Shown here: piece by piece, positions 52,197 to 62,799 of the stretch
Layout: each line of letters starts with the position of its first letter
How positions within the stretch are numbered: the first letter of the stretch is position 1
Assembly: GCF_004010195.1 (NCBI RefSeq)
Contig: NC_057721.1
Coordinates: forward strand, 44,657,240 to 44,721,239
Length of the DNA: 64,000 nucleotides
Direction of reading: 5' to 3'
Origin: Chiloscyllium plagiosum
Lineage: Eukaryota
The notes under the pieces: generated by a model
Told to the model about the DNA's origin: nothing
Database searches by the model: none
What the model saw: the letters and a program-made list of their open reading frames with translations, nothing else
Translations under genes and position numbers: made by a program

Positions 52197-52329
52197 CGAC
52201 TGTTCACTTGGGGAGCTGAACATAGGTCACTGCGACAGAAACACTAATGCCCACAAGAATAATGTGGTAGTTGTTTAATGATATAGATGAAGTTGTATAG
52301 ATATATAGTTGTATAGATGAAGCAGTGAC
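52197..52329 (-). pseudogene. Paralogous TM exon (...YHIILVGISVSVAVTYVQLPK*), frameshifted by a 37-nt repetitive insertion
   Basis: catttacag acceptor; aligns to the 39.8-kb exon (YIIILVGLS..YVQxxx* vs YHIILVGIS..YVQxxx*); TGA at 52204-52206; possible donor G|gtgatt; the insertion is built of atctatacaact repeats. Confidence 0.65.
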
Positions 52330-52704
52330 CTGTAAATGAAGTTCATAGGGCGGTATCAAGTGATGTGACCATGGACTGACAGTCTGTTAAACCATTCTTC
52401 TGTCCCTTTATTTTTTTAACTGAGGCTTAAGACTGATTAATTCGTTTGTCAAAATAACTAATTCAGGTCTGTCATAGATTCTTCCTGAGTGTCAATAGCT
52501 TTAAACTCTTTCTAAAGTGATCTGAGTGCCACTCAATGAACGGACTTAACAGCACCTTCCTTCATCTTGTATACTAGCGTATTTGACGGTATAACAGAAT
52601 TACCGACTTGTGGTCTAAACTTGACAACTGATATTTAGTTTGTGCATGTTGTTTTGACCTTCGAGAAGTGGACCTCGCTAACAGTGGTGTAACGGTATGA
52701 AGTA

Positions 52705-53450
52705 GAGACAGAAAACTGCAGGATGCTGGAATCCAAGGCAGGCAAGCAGGAGGCTGGAAGAACGCAGGAAGCCAGGCAGCATCAGGAGGTGGAGAGGTCA
52801 ATCTTTCGGGTCTTACCCTTTCTTCAGGACTAGATGTAGGGGTAGGGGGAGTTACGGATAAAGATTGAGTGGGTGGGGTGGGGAGACTAGTGGAATGGTG
52901 AGGTCGTGTTAACACAGGTAGTGGGTAAGACCTGCTTGGTGGATGGGAAGGATAGATCCATTTAGTAGCTGGAAGGGTTCGTTGTGCACTGGTGGGAAGA
53001 AGGTGGCGCTGGGAAGGGAATCCAGAAGGGGGGGAAGGTGATTTGAAATTCAAGAACTCAATGTTAAATCCCTCCTGGCTGTATGCTGTCCTGGCTGTAT
53101 CCTGATGAAGGGCTTTTGCCCGAAACGTCGATTTTGCCTGTCCTCGGATGCTGCCTGAATTGCTGTGCTCTTCCAGCACCACTAATCCAGAATTTGGTTT
53201 CCAGCATCTGCAGTCATTGTTTTTACCTGTATGCTGCCCAGGCCGAAGGTGAGTTATTGCTCCTCCAATTTGCAGTCCGATTGGCTGTGGCAATGGAGGA
53301 GACCAAGGATGGTCATGTCTGTGAGGGAGTGGGAGGGGGAATTGAGATGGGCGGATGGGCTGTTAACGGGAGGTCAGGCTGGCCATTTCGGTCTGGTCTC
53401 ACCTACGTGAGTGCTGAAGAAACTCAGCTTGTCTGGCAGCATCTGTAGAG
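52705..53450 (-). mobile_element. Penelope-like 3' part with nested hammerhead-bearing insertion (53101-53226, +)
   Basis: Homologous to 62800-63250; the nested piece is flanked by duplicated ctgtatgctg. Confidence 0.85.
53099..53132 (+). ncRNA. Minimal type I hammerhead ribozyme motif (Penelope-type), intact core
   Basis: atc-CTGATGA-a-gggc-tttt-gccc-GAAA-cgTC-gat: conserved boxes, 4-bp stem II, AUC/GAU stem I, palindromic ACGU in place of a stem III loop, GUC cleavage triplet. Confidence 0.75.
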
Positions 53451-54303
53451 CGGGAAACTGCGTTCATTACACTTGTGATCATACTAGCGATAAACATGCA
53501 GTATTGGAATTACTGTCCATAATGATCTTATGTATATTTATGAAAAACAACCATTTGTCATCAACAAAAGAAAAATAAACTTGCTGCTATTTTTAAGAAA
53601 TTATCCATTTTTGAGTATAACATGCGTCAGTCTAATTAATTGCGTAATATTTATGTGAAAAACAATGATATTAACATTCACATTAGAATATGTTGATCCC
53701 CTACATCAGATGGTTTTATGGTAGAACTTTAGTTATACTTGAAGGCGGTCGTCCATTGTTTGTTCAGACAGTTAGAACATAGAACAATACAGCACAGAAC
53801 AGGCTCTTCGGCCCTCGATGTTGGGCCGATCAAGTTAATGCTTTGCATAGCTGCAGCATGGCTTCTACCCAACTGTCTACCGTTCCTGGAAATGTAAAGG
53901 CCAGCATTGCTTTAAGTCTGTTCTGTAGAAGACCATGGCACAGTCATGTTCTATGTATGTGGATCCTAAATATCTTTGGACCTCCGATATTTTTCAGGAT
54001 TTAGAAAGTATCCTGTTCTACTCAGTATTGACCCAAATGCATAACTTCAACATTTCTATGTTAAAAACCATTTGCTATAGTTTTCGCCATTGACTGAATT
54101 TATTATTCTGTTTGTAATTTAATGCTTCTATTTAGAATTGGCTTCTCTGATACTTGCCTCAACTAGTCCATGTGGCTACAAGTTCCAGAGTCTGACTTCT
54201 CTTTGAAGGTTTCTGCTGGGAATTCTTAATTGAATTTTATCAGTGGCAATCTTATATTTATGGTTATATTTATCCTACAAATCTAAACAACATATCAAAA
54301 TCC

Positions 54304-55329
54304 TGTTACGCCTCACTGTAGTAGCACAGTAGAAATCAAGCCCCATTATTCCTGGAGTTGACACAAAAGTTAAACATTTAAAAGAATTCCCTAATTTAGC
54401 TCTCTTTTACATGGAGGTTGACAGAAAGCATGACCCAGGTTTCTGCACTTCACAACAATTACATTTTCTTACAAATAAATAGATTCTACCTAAAGAAGAA
54501 CAGTTATGAACCATTGATCTATAACTCTACATGTTAAAACTTTAGAGTCAAAAGATTTAGCACTGGAAAAGCACAGCAGGTCAGGCAGCATCCGAGGAGC
54601 AGGACAGTCGACATTTCAGGCATAAGCCCATCATCAGGAATGTTAAAACTCTAGCCCAATAATAAACTCCCCATCAGCACATACATACAGTCAGACACAA
54701 AATATATTGGCGTTATGGGCAAAGAGGAGGACTGGAAGGCAGCACAGTGGGTCCTGTTTGCAGGGCTTTCTCTGATGATCCTTATGATCAGAAACTGCTT
54801 CTTGATCTTCCTTCTCCTGGTTCTTTAATTGTTTGCAAGAGACACTGGGTGACTGGGTGATAATGATAAAGATCTGTGACTTATTATTTAAAATTCATAG
54901 TTTAAGGCACTGATGAGGCAGAAAAAGCCATCTATTTTTAGGCTTGAGATGCTTTTTCCTGCTGAGCAAAAACAACTCCTTCACTTCCAGATGTTTTATG
55001 GTTTCTGATCCAGTCACATCTTCAACCTGTTTAACTACCGGAGAGCCAATGGCATTGTCTTGGCAAGCAGAAAGTGTTTGTCATCAATAACTGACTAATC
55101 TGCTACATGCCTCTGGCCAAATCTCCATTTGTCACACATTGGCTCTCTAGCTTTTCTGTAACTTAACCAGCCCCCACAGTTTGAACCAACAGCTCTTTAA
55201 ACAGCATTGACAATGAGTGTCAGATTACTTGCTTTTAAAATGTGCAGCAATCCTTTGAAAATCCTTAGCTTTTGAACCTTCCAGTCCAATGTCAAAAATA
55301 CAGAAACATAAAAAGATATGGTCTTTACA
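54304..55329 (-). mobile_element. Solo-LTR-like element within an old CR1, with nested Penelope terminal piece (54546-54639)
   Basis: TG...CA ends (tgttac / tttaca); flanks atcc / atct; the nested piece is flanked by atgttaaaact(t/c)tag repeats. Confidence 0.6.
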
Positions 55330-55920
55330 ATCTACGTTGCATGCCTAAAATGGAAACAATTGGTGCAGGCCAAAAAAATGCTTGAGATCTATTCATGCTT
55401 ATTGGTAATAGAAGATGACTTTGCCAATGAAGGTGAATGAAATGTTAGGATAATGTTAAGATTAAAAAAGCATAAGTACTAGAAATATTTGCAGTGCTTA
55501 ACCTGGGTAACTTATCCGATCCCAAACTGAAGTAATTTATAATACTGGCAGATAGAAGGGTAGAAATTATGAAGCTTTTGGGCAAAGTCTTCTCACCTAT
55601 TTATCTACCACACTGGTGCCAAAGGACTAGAAAATTACAAATGTTACACTTTTGTTCAAGAATTGTGAAAAAAATAACCTTAGCGATCATGACCAAGTCA
55701 GTTTAGTATAAGTGAGGGGAACCTTTTGATAAATATAGTCTGCAAGAAAATTAACAGTTACTTGGACTAATAAAGTTGAGTCAGCTTGATTTGTTAAGGA
55801 TAAATTGTGTATGATTACTTTGATGGAGTTTCATCTGATGAGGCAATAAAGAAAACTGATGATAGCATTGCAATGGATGTTGTGTATATGGATTTCCAGA
55901 AAGTTTTTGATAAAGTATAA

Positions 55921-56210
55921 AGCATGAGAATTTCTAGAAGCGTGGCATTCCAATGGAACTCTATCAACAAACACATCAAGTAAGACCCCCTCTACCACCC
56001 CCCTGAGAAAAGGAACAGGAAGCAACTTCACCACAGGAAATAACATCACCACAGGAAATGACATCACCAACCCAAACAAACCCAAAGATATAAATAGAAA
56101 GCAGGAATTTTCAGCATTGCTTCACATGAAGTCCACTGAAGATGTTATCTAGTAAGGTAACGAAATGCCTGGAATTGAACCTTTCAGCTCAGCGAGCAAA
56201 CCTACATCCA
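55921..56210 (+). mobile_element. Penelope-like terminal fragment inserted in an old CR1 (about 55470-56370)
   Basis: Homologous to 6360-6630; direct repeat aaagtataa at 55912-55920 and 56211-56219; hammerhead-like ctgaaga...gaaa at 56136-56165. Confidence 0.85.
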
Positions 56211-57459
56211 AAAGTATAATACTTGACATATTAGCAAAATTGAAACATGTAAGATAAAAGCACAGGATATGGAACAGAATGTGATAAACTTTTTTTTTAA
56301 CATACTGGATGGAGATATGCAGTTCCTTCCGGTTCAACAGTAGGATTGTTGTGCTCTTGATTTATAGTAATGACTAGTATTGCAATAATTTTCATTTCAA
56401 ATATTAACCAATATCAAATTTTGCTAATTCCATTCCATATCATTTTCTTTTAGCCATTTTTGTCCAAATTACATTTTGAAAAAAACTACATAACCATCAT
56501 TGCTGCTTAATTATCATGGAGATATTAAAGGTAATTGCTAATCTGTTCCTTACTGCTGCCAGTGGCCAGTGCACATCAGATTAAATACATAACTATTCTT
56601 GATTCTTTTGCTTGAAGCATTGACCTGTTTTAGTTTTGGATAGTCCAGTTTTGAGACCATCTGAACAGCGCTACTAAACATCTTGTATTAAATATGGAAT
56701 GAAATATTAAGTCCAGCACCTAGCACACAGAGCAACTCAATATCAAAAAACATTTGTGCAAGCCTATTTCCATTTCTCTTTTTCATAGATTGGAACAACC
56801 AAAAAGTAAATTATTCAGTCCATTGAGTGCCAAATCTTTCAAAGAGCAAGCCAACTATTTGCCACTTTCCCTGAATGTGTTTCTCCCTCAAATACTCACC
56901 CAATTCTACTATTATTGAATCTATATCACAGAACAGTTACAACACATAAGGAGGCTGTTCAGCCCAAGCTGTTTAAGCTGACTCTCTGCAATAGCAACAC
57001 ACCCTGACCCCATTCTCTAGACTTTTTACATAGCCCTGCAACAGTAGGTGAGATGATATTAATTCTATTTGTAAAGAACCTAATGCCATAATAAGTAAAT
57101 CTTGCTGGACTTTATTGAACATGGCGGGAAAGAGACAATTAAAACCTGCACATGTGATTAACTGTCAATTGCAATTTTCCTGCCTAGATTAGTTTAGTGT
57201 TGAGAATTCTTCTTTGTACTGGGGAGTCTAACACAGGACAGGTGGGCTCTTGTTTTAGTTGCAGATATAATCAATGCTTAAGACATTGTGTTTGACCGTA
57301 ACATTGGACAGCGGACCTCAATGAAACAACATCTTATTTTTCACCTGTTCACTTTTAGTGTGCCAGCTGACATTGCTAAATTAACATCGTGAAGATAATC
57401 TATATTTACTCACAGAAGGGCACATATGTGATGTGTGACATGTCTGTCTGTGGCTGTTA

Positions 57460-57739
57460 GGTGATGTTATTTCCTGTGGTGAAGTTGCTTCCTGTTCCTT
57501 TTCTCAGGGGGGTGGTAGAGGGGGTCTTACTTGATGTGTTTGTTGATAGAGTTCCATTGGAATGCCACGCTTCTAGAAATTCTCATGCTTTATACTTTAT
57601 CAAAAACTTTCTGGAAATCCATATACACAACATCCATTGCAATGCTATCATCAGTTTTCTTTATTGCCTCATCAGATGAAACTCCATCAAAGTAATCATA
57701 CACAATTTATCCTTAACAAATCAAGCTGACTCAACTTTA
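57460..57739 (-). repeat. 280-bp inverted copy of 55771-56050
   Basis: No mismatch found by eye; the ORF track gives identical translations for both copies. Confidence 0.95.
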
Positions 57740-58484
57740 GGTTTGAAACCCTTCAACAAACATTTGGTTCATGTATGGTGGGTGATGTGCTGCTGGAGGG
57801 AGGGGCTGGAGTGCATTCTTATTCCTGACTTATTTATTTCTCTTGTACAACCATCTGCAATAAACTAATAGATGGCAAGAGTCTTGTTAAAAAGGAACAA
57901 CCACAGCTGAAGAAACTTACTGAAGTTAAGAATCTAAACAAGGAAATATCAATTAGGATGTTTAACTTACTTTTAAAATTACATACAGAAAATAATATCA
58001 GATGGTTACAATGAAATTAGATTAAGAGATAAAATGCAATATTCAGCAAAATATTTAAATCTCAAATAAAAATTTTAAGCTAAAGGAATAGCTCCACATT
58101 CTTGGAAGGTTGAATTTTCAGGGTTAGGAATTTTGTTTGGAAGTAATTAAAACTTACTATGTCATTAAAAGGATACTTGGATTGGAATGGATGAGCTCTA
58201 TTTTAATGTTGAGCACACTAAACATGGCTGTTAAATCTTTAATCAGTTAGAATGAGGATGCAGGTTTTGATTGATTAACATGCAAATCCCAAAATTTCTT
58301 TAAAGTCACTGTCCTGAGATAACTTAAGGTTTCATCAGCATAAAAGAGGTGACATCTCAGGTCAGGCAATGCATTTAGGCGTGAGGTCTTGTTTAGAGTC
58401 TGTCTGGGTCTTAACCTGAAGTCAGACTGTTTAACAGTCATCTTAAGTGTGGTCAACTTATTAGCATCAGTTGTATGATGATCT

Positions 58485-58850
58485 TTTACTTATCTTTGAT
58501 CATTTACTTATAAAATCTGCATCAAAGGTCCTCTTGGTCTCACTAACACCTGAAAAAGGAGCGGGGCTCTGAAAACATGCATTTTCATATAAACCTGTTG
58601 AACTATAACCTGGTATCTTGAGATTTTTGACCTTGTCCAAACCAGTCCAACACCAGCACCTCCACATCATCACCTTACTCAATACATTTAATTATGAGTC
58701 CAATTAGTTAAAAATCATACAACACCAGGTTATAGTCCAAAAGGTTTATTTGGAAGCACTAGCTTTCGGGGCACTGCCTCTTCATCAGGACAATCACCTG
58801 ATTTTTAACTTTGTCCACCCCAGTCCAACACTGGCACCTCCAAATCCAGT
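58485..58850. mobile_element. Two Penelope-derived terminal pieces of a further family
   Basis: Shared cagtccaacac(c/t)(a/g)gcacctcca tail; minus-strand ctgatga...gaaagcta at 58760-58788. Confidence 0.7.
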
Positions 58851-59100
58851 CAGTTAGAAATTGTTTTTGCAAACTTTACAGGGATACAGATTATCATAGA
58901 CAGCAACATCCAAACTTTTAAGTTTAATTATGTGGAGAGGTTGATTTCTGAACTTTGCAAAAAGTATTGGTGTTGGTACTATGATCATTAATTTCATAGC
59001 GAAAAAATCCCTAATATTGATTTATTGGTAGGTTGGTTAACATTAACACAAGTACGTTTACTTTATTATCTAACATACGCAGACATAAGGTGAGTATAGT

Positions 59101-59404
59101 GGGCGGCACGGTGGTACAGTGGTTAGCACTGCTGCCTCGCAGCGCCAGAGACCCGGGTTCAATTCCCGCCTCAGACGACTGACTGTGTGGAGTTTGCATG
59201 TTCTCCCCGTGTCTACGTAGGTTTCCTCCGGGTGCTCCGGTTTCCTCCCACAATCCAAAGATGTGCAGGTCAGGTGAATTGGCCTTGCTAAATTGCCCAT
59301 AGTGTTAGGTAAGGGGTATGGGTGGGTTGCGCTTCGGCGGGTCGGTGTGGACTTGTTGGGCCGAAGGGCCTGTTTCCACACTGTAATGTAATGTAATCTA
59401 ATCT
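59101..59404 (+). mobile_element. Full-length HE1-type tRNA SINE (V-SINE)
   Basis: A box tggtacagtgg, B box ggttcaattcc, V-domain core, CR1-like tail, (tgtaa/tctaa)n end. Confidence 0.92.
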
Positions 59405-60719
59405 CTAATATATGCAAGTTCATTTGATTAATAAATCCTGAAAGGGCGCACTAGTAATTTAACAAACTGTGTAAGGTTGGGTTATAAATTTTATTGCACA
59501 CCATTTCCACATTAATGCCCAAATTTTTGTATCCGAATTAATTCAAAGGCATCGATGCAACTTGGATGAAGGTTCCTGTTTCAGTTTCTCATCATAATGA
59601 AATTAAGTAATCTTTAGAAGATGCAATGAATTATCAGAAAACTAAACAGGGAATTTTAAGAATATTTTTAAGCCTTTATTCCATTTAGCTTATCAGAGAT
59701 TTACATCCATGTCAGTTTTCAGCATTTACAAGGCTAAAACATACCCCCTATTCCAATGGTAAAATTCTTTCTATATATAACAAAAACATAATATTCTTGT
59801 CTTTCTTGGATTTTCCAATAAAATACTGAAAATCAATTACTTACACTTTTTCTTCCTAATATTCACTGTTGTGAAGAGGAAGTCTTGCTGCGCAGTTTAA
59901 CCATGGTAATTTTGTCAGTAAGTCTATAACAATGTTATCTGCCATTTGGAAATTGGGTAGGGTGGGGGCATGGTTGTGGATTGGAAGGAAGGGGCACACT
60001 ATTGTTAATAAGGACATCATATTGTGTGTATTTAGTATCTTTATCTATTCTGTTTATGTGTAAATCCCTTGTACGCCTAAAAGGTGCACTTTGGTTAAAA
60101 ATGTGCCTGCACCTCAAGCATGCAAAGTCCATACTGAAAAAAGTTCAAAGAACAGAAAGTTTAACACAAATAGAAGTGCCTGGTCTGTGGACTGCAGTTG
60201 TATATTTTTCTGATACAGCACTGAAAAGCACAGTCAAAAAACATTCTGATTAGCTTTGTGGTTGATGTAGACCTAACCACTTAAAAGTGTGCAGGCGTTG
60301 CATGTACTTAGCAGGAGTAAGAAACTATCTGATAAATGGCCTTAGCATTTGAAACTTGTGAACTTTCTGAGTCAACTCTGGTGATTGTGGCATGTAACAA
60401 AGTGAAGAGTTGCAGGCAGACAGGATCCATGCTATGGTTTTCAAGCTGCCATCAAGGTGAAACATATAACAAATAATCAAAGAGACAACATGACACCTAG
60501 AAAATATTTGTTCACATAAACCATATGCATTTAGTGTCTTAACGAGTTTTTGGTTTTTAAAATAACTGTCCCCAACTGAATTTGTATCAATTCAGTAAAA
60601 TTTACATGCAGATGATAGAAACCTGGTCAGCAGTGAATGGATTTTCATTTGTAACTGAACATATGCAGGGAGGACCAGAATGGAATGTACTGTCCAATTT
60701 TACTTCTCTTTAATTTAAG

Positions 60720-61435
60720 TAAGTAATTTTATCTAAATGCAATAAATTGGGAAAGGGGATGCAACAAGACCAGGGTGTTCTTGTACATGAGCCATTGAAA
60801 GTAGGCATGCAGGTTCTAAAGAGGGCAATTGGTATGTTGGCCTTCATAGTGAGAGGATTCAAGTATAGGACTAGGGATGTTTGCTGCAATTGCACAGGGG
60901 CTTGGTGAGACCGTACCTGGAGTTTTGGTCTCCTTATCTGAGGAAGGATGTTCTAACTAAGGACGAAGTGCAATAAAACTGTACCAGATTGATTTCTATG
61001 ATGGCAGGGCTGAAGCAAGACAGGATTGGTTAAGGTCTATATTCACTGGTGTTAAGAAGAAACCTATAAATTATGAACAGGCCAAGGCAAGATAACACAG
61101 GAAGGATGTTCCTGGTGACTGGGGAGTCCAGATTCAGAGGTCACATTTTAAAGATATAGGATAGGTCACTTAGGGCAAAGATGAGGAACAATTTCTTCAA
61201 GCAGAGTGTGGTGCACCTGTGGAATTCGCTGCCACAGAAAGCAGTTGAGGCCCAAATATTGAATGTTTTCAAGAAGACATTAGATATAGTTCTTCGGGCT
61301 AATTTGATCACACAGCATGAGGAGAAAGTAGGAATAGGATACTGAGTTGGATGGTTAACCATGGTCATATTGAAATGGCAGAGCAGATTTGAAGGGTCAA
61401 ATTTTCAACTCCTGCTCTTACTTTCATGTTTCTAT
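60720..61435 (+). mobile_element. Degenerate CR1 3' fragment
   Basis: LVRPYLE / WSPYLRKD-type coding remnants. Confidence 0.8.
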
Positions 61436-62335
61436 GGGCAAAGCTGGCTAGATCAGCCCTTACTGCGCATCCCAAATTGCCATTGAGAAGGTAGTGCTGG
61501 GTTTAATTCTTGAACGACTGTAGTCCATTTGTTGCAGATATGCCCATAATGCTGTCAGGGATAGTTGAAGAATTTTGAATCAACAATAATGAAGAAATCG
61601 AGAGTGTGGCACTGGAAAAGCACAGCAGGTCTGGCAGCATCCGAGGAGCAGGAGAATCAACGTTTCGGGCAAAAGCCCTTCATCGGATCTCCTGCACCTC
61701 AGATGCTGCCTGACCTGTTGTGCTTTTCCAGTATCACACTCGCGACAAATCTCCAGCATCTGCAGTCCTTCTTTTGCCAATAATGAAGAAATGTCAACAT
61801 AGTTCAAAGTCACGTTAGAGAATGGCTTTGGAGGAGAATTACAAACAGTGGAATTCCCATGTATCTGCTGACTCTGTACTTCTAGGTTGTAGAAATCACT
61901 GGTTTGGAAGGCGATGTCCAAAGACAAAAACAGAAATTGCTGGAGAAGCTCTGCAGATCCAGCAGTAGCTGTGGAGAGAAAACAGATTAAACATTTTGAT
62001 CCAGTGATGATTCTTCAGAACAGTTTTGAAGAACAGTTTCTCCAGAAATTTATGTTTTTGTTTCAGATTTCCAATACTTGCATTTCTTTTTTTTATATTG
62101 TGGTGTCTAAGGAGCTGTGGCAAGTTGTTGCTGTGTCTTTTGCAGGACACACTGCTGACTTCGTGTGTTCCTGTGTAGGGAGTGAATATTGCAGCCGTGA
62201 GATGGGGTGCCAATCAAACAGGTTGCTTTGACCTGGATGGTGTCAAGCTTCTTGAGTGTTGTTGACCATGCTCTGAGATGTTGGGGATTGCTGTCCAAGA
62301 TGGAGGCCCAGAGGAATAAGCAGCAAGATGGAATC
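61436..62335 (-). mobile_element. Old LINE 3' part with nested Penelope-derived pieces (61599-61777, about 61922-62090)
   Basis: TTLKKLDTIQ.KA.CLIGT; the nested hairpin element is flanked by caataatgaagaaat repeats. Confidence 0.7.
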
Positions 62336-62799
62336 ACCAGATTACTGCTCTGACTTTCATGTCAGGACTTGTCCCTATCTAGTTTCCATCCATTCATTGG
62401 GGCTAAAGGAAACTACATATCAATGAGGTGGAATTAGATAGTAATGGCATGGATGTAAAAACCCCTCTAGTTGCTTAATACCAAGATTCTTGTCTTGCCA
62501 TTAAAAACTGATGAATCTCTTTTATTGATGCCAAGAATCTAATTTCTGCCATTTCCCCAAATGACTCATCAATGCTCATGTTGTTCAGGGCTGGGAGGAT
62601 TCTACCAATGGTGCTATCTCGAAGAACAGCGAGGGAGTAATCCCTACTGGCCAAGCCAATAATTACCCCACAACAACTATTACAACAAGAAGTACTGTGA
62701 CCCTTTTAGCTCTGGCTGAAGGGGAAACCTGTGAAAAGGCATTACTGAGATGCTGTGCACATGGAATTGGGCACAAAGTGAGTCAGATTAACTGAGGAG

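Noticed and set aside
59101-59175. tRNA gene
   Set aside because: tRNA-derived head of a SINE that continues into SINE body and LINE-like tail.
59860-60460. Possible leader or V exon remnants of the second Ig paralog
   Set aside because: No frame with the C...W...DxxxYxC pattern bounded by splice sites.
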